A stretch of 64,000 nucleotides of DNA from an uncultured bacterium. Lineage in GTDB: Bacteria; Krumholzibacteriota; Krumholzibacteriia; LZORAL124-64-63. The position numbers and the translations under genes are program-made. Under the pieces are notes generated by a model that saw only the letters and a program-made list of their open reading frames with translations, did no database searches and had not been told where the DNA came from. The stretch's first letter is position 1, and each line of letters begins with the position of its first letter. Below, piece after piece: positions 42,222 through 52,402 of the stretch. The stretch is from the NCBI GenBank assembly GCA_963727525.1, contig CAVSGO010000007.1:704001-768000 (forward strand). The letters run 5' to 3'.

Positions 42222-43936
42222 CCGCCGTCGCGAACGAGCCGGTCGCGGACGCGCCGCCTGATCTCCTGACTCCTCGTGTCGCAGGTCGCGATGGCGGCGG
42301 CGGCCTCGCGTCGGCAGCTGTCGGCGAAATCCGGTTCCTCGGAGGCATCCAGATCGGCTAGGGCCGCCAGGTTGATGGCGACGTTGAAGAACGCGCCCTC
42401 GGCCCCCGCCTGGGCCGTCAGCGCCGCAACGCCGGCATCGGAGAGGCTGTTCTGGTTGCCGATCCGAGCGATCTCGTCCACCAGTTCGAGCAGGGCGGGG
42501 ACGCGGGTCAGGACACCCAGCGGCACGCGGGTGGCCTCGCGGGTGGCAGCGGCGATGGCGTAACTTCGGGCCTGCTTCTCGTTGTCGGATTTTTTCGCCA
42601 GGCCGAAGGCAGCCATGACCTTGTTGAAGGCGTCGGTGTCCCGGTCGATGGCGTCGAGGAAGGCGTCCTTGAGGTCCTGGGCAAGCTCGCCGATCTCCTT
42701 CACCCGGCTATCCACCGCCTCGTACCCTTTCTTACCAGCGGTCAGGTTGGCCACCATGGCCACGAGCGCCGCGCTCTGCGCTGCACAGAGGGCTGCCACG
42801 GAGCCGCCGCCGGGGGCCGGGGAATCGGTGGACAGCTCGTCCACGAACGCTCGGTTCGTCAGGCTCACGAGCGGACCGTCGACCATACCGGCCTGGTACT
42901 CGATGATCTTCTCGCGCGGCTCGAACGCGCTGAGGTCGCGCAGGCCGAGGCTCTGGATCGCCGTCTCGATGAGCAGACGCCGGGGCACACCCGCCGATTG
43001 GCCGGCCTGCCGCAGGTAGTGCTTGCCGGCGGCCAGCAGATCGCCCTCGGGAATCAGTCCGACGAGCTCGCTGCCGGTGACGCGGGCGCCCTGGTCGCGC
43101 GCCGCCGCGCGGCATGCCTCGAAGGCCTGGTGGGGTTTCGTGACGGCGGTGTTGACGAGATTGATCGAGACCTGGGCTCGGTCGTACTCGGGGATGGTCC
43201 AGCCCACCGCCTTGCAGGCCTCGAGCCGGTACTTGCCGGGAACGAGTACATTGGCGCCGTCGGCGTCCTTCACGATGCGGCCCTTGTCGTCACGCTTGGC
43301 GCGCCCGGCTTCCTTGATGTCGAGGGCGATCTCGCCGGCGACCTTCTTGTTGCGCGTGTTCAGATTGACGTTGTAGGCGACCAGGAATCCGCGGGCGCCC
43401 ACGTTGGTGGCGCCGGAGCGGGCGGTGTGGGCGTTCCAGGCGTTCGGACCGAAGTCGGGCTTCCACTCGGCGGTGCCCAGCTTCTGCGGCAGCGCCTCGT
43501 ACTCGCCCTTGCGCACGGTCGCGAGGTTGTGGCGCTCGTCGCGCGTGGCGGCCGACTCGTACAGGTACACGGGGATCTGCAGCTCCTCGCCGATGCGCTG
43601 GCCCACGGCGCGGGCGATCGCGACGCAATCGTTCATCGTCACGCCACGCACCGGCACGAAGGGGCACACGTCGGTGGCCCCGTGTCGCGGGTGGGCGCCG
43701 CTGTGCTTGCTCATGTCGATCAGCTCGCTCGCGCGCTTGACCACACGGAACGCGGCCTCGGCCACGCCCGCGGGGGAGCCGATGAACGTGATCACCGTGC
43801 GATTGGTCTCCGCGCCCGGATCCACGTCGAGCAACCTCACGCTCTCGACCTCTTGCACCACGGCGGTGACGGCATCGATCACGGCGCGATCGCGCCCCTC
43901 GCTGATGTTCGGCACGCATTCCACGAGCTTCTGCAT
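42209..43936 (-). CDS. ftcD: Glutamate formimidoyltransferase / formiminotetrahydrofolate cyclodeaminase (bifunctional)
   Basis: LVECVPNISEGR, HPRHGATDVCPF, QVSINL, SELVGL; cyclodeaminase PAPGGGS, GNQNSLSDAG. Confidence 0.93.
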   Translation of the reverse strand: MQKLVECVPNISEGRDRAVIDAVTAVVQEVESVRLLDVDPGAETNRTVITFIGSPAGVAEAAFRVVKRASELIDMSKHSGAHPRHGATDVCPFVPVRGVTMNDCVAIARAVGQRIGEELQIPVYLYESAATRDERHNLATVRKGEYEALPQKLGTAEWKPDFGPNAWNAHTARSGATNVGARGFLVAYNVNLNTRNKKVAGEIALDIKEAGRAKRDDKGRIVKDADGANVLVPGKYRLEACKAVGWTIPEYDRAQVSINLVNTAVTKPHQAFEACRAAARDQGARVTGSELVGLIPEGDLLAAGKHYLRQAGQSAGVPRRLLIETAIQSLGLRDLSAFEPREKIIEYQAGMVDGPLVSLTNRAFVDELSTDSPAPGGGSVAALCAAQSAALVAMVANLTAGKKGYEAVDSRVKEIGELAQDLKDAFLDAIDRDTDAFNKVMAAFGLAKKSDNEKQARSYAIAAATREATRVPLGVLTRVPALLELVDEIARIGNQNSLSDAGVAALTAQAGAEGAFFNVAINLAALADLDASEEPDFADSCRREAAAAIATCDTRSQEIRRRVRDRLVRDGGLSG

Positions 43937-44106
43937 GATCTCGAACTCTCCCTTTCAGGCGTACGGGTCGGGCCGCGCCCGGCCGAAGCGCTGGACAGGC
44001 GTTCAATTTAACCGAAGGGCGCGGTGATTTCCAGGCGTATGCAACCTTCCTGGGGACGTCTGCGTCAATCGTCCACGTGTGACGGAATGAACCCGAACGA
44101 GGAGCC

Positions 44107-45228
44107 ATGCCGATGCGACGCCGAACCGTCGTGGGTCTCGTGAGCGGAACGATCGTGGTGGCCGCCGTGCTTGGCGTGCTGTGGCGCACCGGCCATCTGC
44201 TGCCGGCGGTTTCGCCCGCCGTCGCCCTGGCGGATTCCAGCCACGTGGCCGACGGGGATACCGTGGCGGTGCCCGTGGAGGTAGCCGCTGTGGCTCGACG
44301 CTCGATCGCCGCGTATTACCGGGCGGCGTCGGTCGTCGATGCGGATCGCCTCGTCGATCTCACGGCGAAGCTGGCGGGTCGGGTGCAGAGCATCGCCTGC
44401 GAGGAGGGCGACTGGGTGAGCGCAGGCCAGGTACTGGCGGAGCTGGAGAACGAGCGGCAGAAGGTGCAACTCCGGCAAGCCGAGTTGAAGCTCGCCGAGC
44501 AGCAACGCCTGCGCGAGCGCAATCGCCAGATGCTCGCCGAGCAGCTCATCAGTCAGCAGGAGTACGACGATGCGCAGTCGCGTTACGCGCTGGCCGAGAC
44601 CGAGCGCGATCTGGCGCGCATCGCGGTGGATGAGACGATCATGCGCGCGCCGTTCGCGGGCCAGATCACGGCGCGTCATGTGGTGCTCGGCCAGCAGCTT
44701 CCGGCCGCGACGGTTGCCTTCTCGCTGGCCGATGCCAGCCCGCTGCGCGTGCGCGTGCACCTTCCGGAGGCGGTGGCGCGGAAGGTGGCGGTGGGTCAGG
44801 AAGTGCTCGTGCAGCCCGAGGCGGACGACGCCCCGTTGCGCGCCACCGTCGAACGCGTCAGTCCCGTGGTCGATCCGCAGACGAGCACCGTGCAGGTGAC
44901 CATGCGTTTGCCGGCCGCGGCGGGTGGCGCCATGGTCGGCGGCTTCGTGAAGGTGCGCGTGACCACCGACCGCCATGCCGACGCACTCGCGATCCCCAAG
45001 ACCGCGCTGGTGGAGACCGGCGGCCTTAAAAACGTCTTCGTGGCCGCCGCCGACACGGTCCGCAAGCTCGAGGTCACCACCGGACTCTACGACGACACGC
45101 ATATCGAGGTCGTCGATGGACTGCAGGAGGGCTGGCAGGTCGTCACCCTCGGCCAGGGCAGCCTGCACACCGGCACCCGCGTCGAGATCCTGCCACCGGA
45201 TTCCCTGGACACCGTCGCCGCGAAGTGA
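44107..45228 (+). CDS. RND efflux periplasmic adaptor (MFP)
   Basis: N-terminal TM, lipoyl halves (EEGDWVSAGQ; RAPFAG), coiled hairpin, VSPVVDPQT, GLQEGWQVV. Confidence 0.92.
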   Translation: MPMRRRTVVGLVSGTIVVAAVLGVLWRTGHLLPAVSPAVALADSSHVADGDTVAVPVEVAAVARRSIAAYYRAASVVDADRLVDLTAKLAGRVQSIACEEGDWVSAGQVLAELENERQKVQLRQAELKLAEQQRLRERNRQMLAEQLISQQEYDDAQSRYALAETERDLARIAVDETIMRAPFAGQITARHVVLGQQLPAATVAFSLADASPLRVRVHLPEAVARKVAVGQEVLVQPEADDAPLRATVERVSPVVDPQTSTVQVTMRLPAAAGGAMVGGFVKVRVTTDRHADALAIPKTALVETGGLKNVFVAAADTVRKLEVTTGLYDDTHIEVVDGLQEGWQVVTLGQGSLHTGTRVEILPPDSLDTVAAK

Positions 45229-45249
45229 TGCGGGCGCGAGGAGTGTGAC

Positions 45250-48200
45250 GTGAAGCCCATTCGTTTCGCCGTGACCCATCCCGTGACAATCTGGATGAGC
45301 GCCGTCGCCGCGGTTGTGTTCGGGCTGGTTTCCGTGGGGCGGCTCGATATGGGGCTGCTTCCCGAGGTGAACTACCCGAGCCTCACCCTGCAGACCGAGT
45401 TCCCGAACACGGCGCCCGCCGACGTCGAGAACCTCGTGACGCGTCCGCTGGAAGAAGCGGTGGGTGTGGTGCCGGGGCTGCGCAAGGTGCACTCGATCAG
45501 CCAGAGCGGCCTGTCGCAGATCACACTCGAGTTCGACTGGGGGACGGCGATGGATTTCGCCGGCCTCGATGTCCGCGAGAAGGTAGATCTGGTCGACCTC
45601 CCGCAGGATGCGAAGGCGCCCGTGCTGCTGCGCTACGATCCGGCCCTCGATCCGGTGCTGCGCATCGGCCTGTGGGGTGACGGGCCGCAGACCTACTTGC
45701 GCGCGCTGGCCGAGGATGTGGTGAAGCGGGAGATCGAATCGGTGCAAGGCGTGGCGGCAGCCCGCGTGATCGGCGGACTCGAGGAGGAGATCCAGGTGCG
45801 CCTCGACGAGGCGCGGCTCGCCGCTCACGGGTTGACCATCGCCGCCGTGACGGAGGCGCTGGCCCGTGAGAACGTCAGCGCGTCCGGGGGGCGGCTACGC
45901 GACCGCGATGCGGAGTACATCGTGCGCACGCTGAGCCGCTTCGGCACCCTTGGCGACATTCGCAACGTGACGATCGGCTCCGACGGGGGGCGGGCGGTCC
46001 GGCTGAGCGAGGTGGCCGAGGTCGTGCGGGCGCACAAGGAGCGCACGGACATCACGCACGTCGACGGGCGCGAGAGTGTGGAGATCGCCGTTTACAAGGA
46101 GGGCGACGCCAACATCGTCGACATGGCGCGTCGCGTGGCGGAACGCCTGGGGCCGTTGGCGAAGACGTTGCCGGCGGGCGTGCACCAGGAGGTGCTCTTC
46201 GATCAGTCGGTCTTCATCGCGCGCGCGGTGGCGGAAGTGCGTAACAACGCGCTGATCGGCGGGCTGCTCGCCGTCCTCGTGCTCTACCTGTTCCTGCGCG
46301 ATCTGCGCGCGACGTCGATCATCGCCGTGGCGATTCCGCTTTCGATCGTGGCGACGTTCATCCTCATGCAGACGCAGAATGTCTCGCTCAACGTGATGTC
46401 CCTGGGCGGCCTCGCCCTCGGTGTGGGCATGCTGGTGGACAACTCCATCGTCGTGCTCGAGGCCATCCAGCGACGGCGCGAGCAGGGTGGCGCGGATCTG
46501 GTGGAGACCGCGGTGCGCGGGACGGATGAGGTGGCGCGTGCCGTCACGGCGTCGACGTTGACCACGGTAGCCGTCTTCGTACCCATCGTCTTCGTGGTGG
46601 TGGGCGTGGCCGGGCAGATCTTTCGCGACCAGGCCCTGACGGTCACCTTCTCGCTGCTCGTGTCGCTGGTCGTGGCGCTCACCTTCACCCCCATGGCGTC
46701 GGCGCTCGGAACGGCGACCACCGGGAGGCCGGCCGAGCGCTGGACCCGCCGCTGGCGTCCGCGTCACCAGGCCGCGCGCTGGTGGCGCCGGATCCCGCAG
46801 TGGGCCGTCCACGCCGTCTTCCTGGGCGCACCGCTCGCCGTGGCGGCAGGCGCTCGCCGCCTCGGCCGGGCTCTGCGTTGGTTGCTCGTGACGGGGCTCA
46901 CGCCCCTGACCTGGGCCTTCGCGCGGACCTATCCGCGCCTCGAGCGCACTTACGAACGGGTGCTGGCTCTCGCGCTGCGGCAGCGGGCGGCGGTGCTGGG
47001 GCTGGTGGTCGCGGTGGCGGCCGCAGCCGTGCTGCTCGCTCCGACCCTGGGCAGCGAGCTGGTACCCACCCTGGCGCAGGGCGAGTTCACGCTGCGCCTC
47101 GAGCTGCCCGAGGGCACGCCGCTGTCGGTCACGGACGGCATGACATCCCGGATCGAACGCGACCTCCGCGCCGTACCTCAGATCCAGCGGCTGGCGACCG
47201 AGGTGGGCATCAGCCATGAGGAAGGCGGTCAGGCTGCGCGCCAGAAGGAAAACCGCGCCGAGGTGCAGGTGCGCCTCTTACGTTCGGATCGGTCCACCGA
47301 GACGGCGGCGCTGGCGGGCATTCGCCGGGTGCTCGCGGGCTACCCCGATGTGCGGATGCAGGTGCATCGGCAGGCCCTGATGTCGCTCGCCTCGCCCGTG
47401 GAGGTGGATGTCTACGGCTACGATCTGGATGCGCTGCAGCGCCTCGCCGACCAGGTTGTCGCGCAGATGGAGCACACGCCCGGATTGCGCGACATCCGGC
47501 CGGCCATGGTGCCCGGGTCGCCGGAGGTGCGCATCGCCTTCGATCGCGACAAGCTCGACCGGCTGGGTCTCGACGTCGCCGAGGTGTCGCGCACGGTAAG
47601 GGCGAAGGTGCTCGGCGAGGTCGCCAGTCGATTCCGCGACCAGGACCGGCACATCGAGATCCGCGTGCGCAACGTCGACGAGCAACGCACCACTCTGGCC
47701 GCGGTGCAGGACATCGTGGTGGCCGAACGCGATGGCATCACGATCCCATTGAGCAGCATCGCGAGCATGAGCGTGGCGCGCGGACCGGCGGAGATCCATC
47801 GCCTGGGCAATCGGCGCGTGGCGATCGTGGGCGCCAGCCTCGCCGGGCGCGATCTCGGCTCTGTCTCGCGGGACCTTCAGACGCGACTGGCGCGGTTGCC
47901 CTTGCCGGCCGGAGTGTCGATCGCGCTCGGCGGGCAGAACGAGGAGCTGGGGCAGAGCTATCGCTCGCTGCGCCTCGCCATCCTGCTCGCGGTGTTTCTG
48001 GTGTACCTGGTCATGGCGTCGCAGTTCGAATCGCTGCTCTACCCGTTCATCATCATGGTCACGGTACCGCTCGCGCTGGCAGGCGCCGTGTTCGGTCTCA
48101 AGCTCGCGGGGCTGGCGGTGAGCGTCATCGCGGTGATCGGGGCGATCATGCTCGCGGGCATCGTGGTCAACAACGGTATCGTGCTCGTGGATCGGATCAA

Positions 48201-48507
48201 CCAGCTCCGGCGAGCCGGTGCGCCCCTGCACGCCGCCACGTTGCAGGCGGGGCAGGAACGTCTGCGGCCCATCCTGATGACCAGCACCACCACCGTGCTC
48301 GGCCTACTGCCCATGGCCCTCGGACTCGGCGAGGGAGCGGAGTTGCGGGCGCCCCTCGCGGTGACGGTGATCGGTGGCCTCGTGCTGGGCACGGCCCTCA
48401 CCCTCGTGGCCGTGCCGGTGATCTACACGCTGCTCACACCGGAGCGCAAACCGGAGGTCGAGAAGACGCCGGCCCTCGCGCCGGCCATGCGGCGCGAGGA
48501 GGCCTGA
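45250..48507 (+). CDS. RND efflux permease subunit (AcrB-like) 1
   Basis: 1085 aa; GMLVDNSIVVLE, GIVVNNGIVLVD, RLRPILMT. Confidence 0.95.
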   Translation: MKPIRFAVTHPVTIWMSAVAAVVFGLVSVGRLDMGLLPEVNYPSLTLQTEFPNTAPADVENLVTRPLEEAVGVVPGLRKVHSISQSGLSQITLEFDWGTAMDFAGLDVREKVDLVDLPQDAKAPVLLRYDPALDPVLRIGLWGDGPQTYLRALAEDVVKREIESVQGVAAARVIGGLEEEIQVRLDEARLAAHGLTIAAVTEALARENVSASGGRLRDRDAEYIVRTLSRFGTLGDIRNVTIGSDGGRAVRLSEVAEVVRAHKERTDITHVDGRESVEIAVYKEGDANIVDMARRVAERLGPLAKTLPAGVHQEVLFDQSVFIARAVAEVRNNALIGGLLAVLVLYLFLRDLRATSIIAVAIPLSIVATFILMQTQNVSLNVMSLGGLALGVGMLVDNSIVVLEAIQRRREQGGADLVETAVRGTDEVARAVTASTLTTVAVFVPIVFVVVGVAGQIFRDQALTVTFSLLVSLVVALTFTPMASALGTATTGRPAERWTRRWRPRHQAARWWRRIPQWAVHAVFLGAPLAVAAGARRLGRALRWLLVTGLTPLTWAFARTYPRLERTYERVLALALRQRAAVLGLVVAVAAAAVLLAPTLGSELVPTLAQGEFTLRLELPEGTPLSVTDGMTSRIERDLRAVPQIQRLATEVGISHEEGGQAARQKENRAEVQVRLLRSDRSTETAALAGIRRVLAGYPDVRMQVHRQALMSLASPVEVDVYGYDLDALQRLADQVVAQMEHTPGLRDIRPAMVPGSPEVRIAFDRDKLDRLGLDVAEVSRTVRAKVLGEVASRFRDQDRHIEIRVRNVDEQRTTLAAVQDIVVAERDGITIPLSSIASMSVARGPAEIHRLGNRRVAIVGASLAGRDLGSVSRDLQTRLARLPLPAGVSIALGGQNEELGQSYRSLRLAILLAVFLVYLVMASQFESLLYPFIIMVTVPLALAGAVFGLKLAGLAVSVIAVIGAIMLAGIVVNNGIVLVDRINQLRRAGAPLHAATLQAGQERLRPILMTSTTTVLGLLPMALGLGEGAELRAPLAVTVIGGLVLGTALTLVAVPVIYTLLTPERKPEVEKTPALAPAMRREEA

Positions 48508-48508
48508 G

Positions 48509-51500
48509 ATGGGGCTCACACGCCTCGCGCTGCGGCGACCGGTGACGCTGGCCATGGCGCTGGTCTCCATCCTCGTACTCGGTGGGATCTCCGTGACGCG
48601 GCTGCGCCTGGCGTTCCTGCCGCAGGTGGAATTCCCCTTCATCGCCGTGATGATCCCGTATCCCAATGGGGTCCCCGAGGAGAACGAGCGCGACATCGTG
48701 CGCCCGATCGAGGAGGTGCTCGCCACGCTGGGGGGCGTGCGCGAGATCCACAGTTACAGCGATGCCGATGCGGTGCAGGTGGGGGTGGTCTTCGACTGGG
48801 GACGCGACGTGAACCTGCTGCGTCTGGAGATGAAGGAGAAGATCGATCAGATCCGCGGTGATCTGCCCAGCGACGTGCGCAATGTCTTCCTGCTCACCTT
48901 CGACTCCAACGACATTCCCATCATCGAGGGACGCATCGCGGCGAAGGGGCGCGACCTCTCCGAGAGCTGGGACCTGCTCGAACAGCATGTCATCGCGCCG
49001 TTGCAGCGTATCCCGGGCGTGGGGCGCGTGAATATCGATGGCGTGGTGCCGACGCAGGCGTCGGTGTACCTGCGCTTCGACAGGATCCTCGAGTACAAGG
49101 TCGACGTGAACAAGCTGTTCCAGACCCTGGCGGCGGCCAATGTGGAGTTGACGGTCGGCAGCATCACCGATCGCGGCCTGCGCTATGACCTGCGTACCGT
49201 GAGCAACCTGGACAGCGTGGAGGATTTCGCGGGCCTGCCCATCGATGCGCGCGGGCTGCGTCTGAGCGACGTGGCCGAGGTCGTCTACGGCGCACCGGGC
49301 CTCACCTACGGGCGTCGCCTCAATGGGGAACCGGCGGTGGCCTTCTGGATCCAGAAGGCGTCGGGCTACAATACCGTGGAGGTGTGCCGCGCAGTGGAGG
49401 CGGAGCTGGCGCGCATCAACCTGGACCCCGCGCTGCAAGGCATAAGCAGCTTCGCCTTCTTCAACCAGGCCGATCAGATCACGGATTCGCTGCGCGGCTT
49501 GATGCAGGCCGGCGCGCTGGGGTCGCTCCTGGCGGTGGTGATCCTCTACGTCTTCCTGCGCAGCGCCACGCTCACCGGCGTCGTCTCGCTGACCATTCCG
49601 CTGTCGTTGCTGGGCACGGGCATCATCATGTATCTCGGGGGGCGCACGCTCAACGTGCTGTCGATGATGGGGTTGATGCTCGGCGTGGGTATGCTGGTGG
49701 ACAACGCGGTGGTGGTGCTGGAGTCGATCCACCGCCATCTCGTGGCCGGTATGCGCCCCATGGCCGCGGTGGTGCGTGGTACACGCGAGGTGGGGCGGGC
49801 GATCGTCGCCTCGACGCTGACGACCATCATCGTCTTCGCGCCCGTCGTGGTGGCGCGCAACGACCAGCTCGCGGTATGGCTGTCCGAGGTAGGCGTGGCG
49901 ATCAGCGTGACGCTGGTCTTCTCGCTGCTGCTGAGCCTGACGGTGACGCCGGCTCTGGCGGCGCGCCTCGGGCGCGAGCGGCGCCCCCGGCCGGAGGAAC
50001 GCTGGCTCGCCGGATTGCGGCGCGGCTACCTGGCCACGCTGCGCTGGACGACATTGCGGCATCCGCTGCTGACGGCGTTCGTGCTGTTGCCGGCCGTGGT
50101 CGTCGTCACCATCGTCCTGGTCAAGATCACGGGGCTAAAACCCGAGGCTTTCGGGGACGAGGGACTGCGGCGCGAGAACCTCTACGTGGGATTCGATTTT
50201 ACCCAGCCGGTCGACCATCGCCTATCGAGTCGCTACGTGCAGCGGGTGGAGACCTATCTGGAGAGCCGGCGCGGCGACCTCGGCATCCGCGACATCTATG
50301 CGTTCTACGGCGACGACAGCGGGGGCGTTACGGTGTTCTTCGCTGACGGAGTCGTGTCCGACGCGTTCTACCGCGCCGCGCGTGCCGACCTGCGTGACCA
50401 TCTGCCAGTACAGGCCGGGGTCCAGTATCGCTTCGGGGATGAGTCGGGCCAGGGAGGTGGCGCCCGGACCTTCTCGGTGACGATCCAGGGCGACGATACC
50501 GAGGTGCTACGCATCCATGCCGAGCAGGCCCAGGCGCGCCTCGCGCGGCTGCCGGGCGTGGCCGACCTCACCAGCGACGGGGACGCCGGCAAGACGGAGG
50601 TGCAAATCCGCGTGGATAGCGAGCGCGCTGGCCGCTTCGGCGTGACGCCGGCGACCGTGGCCGAGATCACCGGCCTCACCTACCGCGGCGTACCGCTGCC
50701 GCGCCTGCGGACGGGCGATCGCGAGCTGGATCTGGTCGTGTCCCTGCTGCCAGACGATCGCGAATCGATCGAGAACCTCTCCTTGCTCACCGTGGGCATG
50801 CACGGCGGCCAGGCGGTGCAGCTCGGGCAGGTGGCCGACTTCACCCTGGGCAAGGGACCGGCGCGCATCTTCCGCCGCGATCAGCAGTCGGGCCTCACGT
50901 TGCGGGGGAGCTACGACGGTGACGACTACGACGGCGCGCTGGAGCAGGTGGCCCAGGTGATGAACGGTCTCACCCTTCCGGTAGGCTACAGCTGGAGCTT
51001 CGGCACGGATATCGTGCACGGCCGGCAGCAGCAGAGCGAGATGGGGGCCAACATGCTGCTGGCGCTGGCCTGTGTGTTCTTCATCATGGCGGGCCTATTC
51101 GAGTCGCTGAGCCTGCCCCTGGTGATCATGGGGTGCGTGCCCTTCGCGTCGCTGGGCGTGTTCTGGGTGCTGATGGCCACGGGCACACCGATGAACCTGA
51201 TGGCCATGATCGGCATCGTCCTGCTCATCGGGATCGTGGTGAATAACGGGATCGTGCTCATCGACCACGTGGGGCGCTATCGCCGGCTGGGCGAGGATCT
51301 CGACGAGGCCCTGATCGCCGGGTGCGCTGACCGCCTGCGGCCGATCCTGATGACGGCCGGCACCACGATCCTGGGCCTGCTGCCCCTGGCGGTGCTGCAT
51401 GGTACCCATGTCGGCGATGCCGAGTACTACCCGATGGCGCGGGCGATCATCGGCGGCCTGACGGCGAGCACCCTCCTGACCCTCCTGGTCCTGCCCACCC

Positions 51501-51574
51501 ACTACCGGCTACTGCACCGCTGGCTGGGGCGTCTGGAGGGGAATAGAGCCATATTTGCAGAAGACACGATATGA
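48509..51574 (+). CDS. RND efflux permease subunit (AcrB-like) 2
   Basis: 1021 aa; GMLVDNAVVVLE, GIVVNNGIVLID, RLRPILMT. Confidence 0.95.
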   Translation: MGLTRLALRRPVTLAMALVSILVLGGISVTRLRLAFLPQVEFPFIAVMIPYPNGVPEENERDIVRPIEEVLATLGGVREIHSYSDADAVQVGVVFDWGRDVNLLRLEMKEKIDQIRGDLPSDVRNVFLLTFDSNDIPIIEGRIAAKGRDLSESWDLLEQHVIAPLQRIPGVGRVNIDGVVPTQASVYLRFDRILEYKVDVNKLFQTLAAANVELTVGSITDRGLRYDLRTVSNLDSVEDFAGLPIDARGLRLSDVAEVVYGAPGLTYGRRLNGEPAVAFWIQKASGYNTVEVCRAVEAELARINLDPALQGISSFAFFNQADQITDSLRGLMQAGALGSLLAVVILYVFLRSATLTGVVSLTIPLSLLGTGIIMYLGGRTLNVLSMMGLMLGVGMLVDNAVVVLESIHRHLVAGMRPMAAVVRGTREVGRAIVASTLTTIIVFAPVVVARNDQLAVWLSEVGVAISVTLVFSLLLSLTVTPALAARLGRERRPRPEERWLAGLRRGYLATLRWTTLRHPLLTAFVLLPAVVVVTIVLVKITGLKPEAFGDEGLRRENLYVGFDFTQPVDHRLSSRYVQRVETYLESRRGDLGIRDIYAFYGDDSGGVTVFFADGVVSDAFYRAARADLRDHLPVQAGVQYRFGDESGQGGGARTFSVTIQGDDTEVLRIHAEQAQARLARLPGVADLTSDGDAGKTEVQIRVDSERAGRFGVTPATVAEITGLTYRGVPLPRLRTGDRELDLVVSLLPDDRESIENLSLLTVGMHGGQAVQLGQVADFTLGKGPARIFRRDQQSGLTLRGSYDGDDYDGALEQVAQVMNGLTLPVGYSWSFGTDIVHGRQQQSEMGANMLLALACVFFIMAGLFESLSLPLVIMGCVPFASLGVFWVLMATGTPMNLMAMIGIVLLIGIVVNNGIVLIDHVGRYRRLGEDLDEALIAGCADRLRPILMTAGTTILGLLPLAVLHGTHVGDAEYYPMARAIIGGLTASTLLTLLVLPTHYRLLHRWLGRLEGNRAIFAEDTI

Positions 51575-51796
51575 CGTTAAATTTTCGGCCTACCGCTTGG
51601 TGTTGTTGACCGGTTCGTCGCCCGAGATGGCCATACTCAAGCGGCCTTGGCGTGGATGCCGCGGGGAACGTTCCCGGTCCGGCGTCGTTTCAGGCAGGTC
51701 GGCCGAACCGGGGGGCTCGGCGAATCGGGCGGGAGGAGCGGACGCCGGGAACCCGCCGTCGGCGATGGCCGGCGGTGCGGAAAGGCAGTTGAGGGC

Positions 51797-52399
51797 ATGT
51801 ATAATCAGAGTCCCATGGATCGTGTGGCGATCTTCATCGACGGCGAGAACATCCACTACAGCGCGAAGCATTTGAACATGCGGCTGGACTACCTCAAGAT
51901 GTGCCGCCTGCTGGCCGGCGAGCGGCGACTGCTGCGCGCCTATTTCTACACGGCCATCAGCACCCAGTCCGAGGGCAAGATCGACTTCATCAATTTTCTC
52001 AAGCTCAACGGCTTCACCGTTGTGACCAAAGAGGTCAAGTCGTTCAACGAACCTGAGAGCAACGGGCGCAACGTCCGTAGCAGCCTCGACATGGAGATGG
52101 CCATCGACGTGATCGAGCTGAGCGCGTACGTCGACACCGTGATCCTCTGCACGGGAGACGGCGATTTCCGGGCCCTGGTCGACGCGGTGGCCCGCAAGGG
52201 CAAGCACGTGGAGATCTGCGCGCTGCGCGAGATGACCAGCACGGACCTCATTTCCGCTTCCGACGCCTACATCGATCTGGCGAGCCTCAAGGACCAGATA
52301 GCCCTACAGGTGCCGCAGCGCGAGATCCGCAACGAGATCGACACCTCGGCCGACGGATTCGAGTCGTTCAAGGTCCAGGACACCAGCTTCGACTTCTAG
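51797..52399 (+). CDS. NYN domain (LabA/DUF88, PIN-like) protein
   Basis: IFIDGEN, LDMEMAID, CTGDGDF...V..KGK motifs. Confidence 0.9.
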   Translation: MYNQSPMDRVAIFIDGENIHYSAKHLNMRLDYLKMCRLLAGERRLLRAYFYTAISTQSEGKIDFINFLKLNGFTVVTKEVKSFNEPESNGRNVRSSLDMEMAIDVIELSAYVDTVILCTGDGDFRALVDAVARKGKHVEICALREMTSTDLISASDAYIDLASLKDQIALQVPQREIRNEIDTSADGFESFKVQDTSFDF

Positions 52400-52402
52400 G
52401 CC

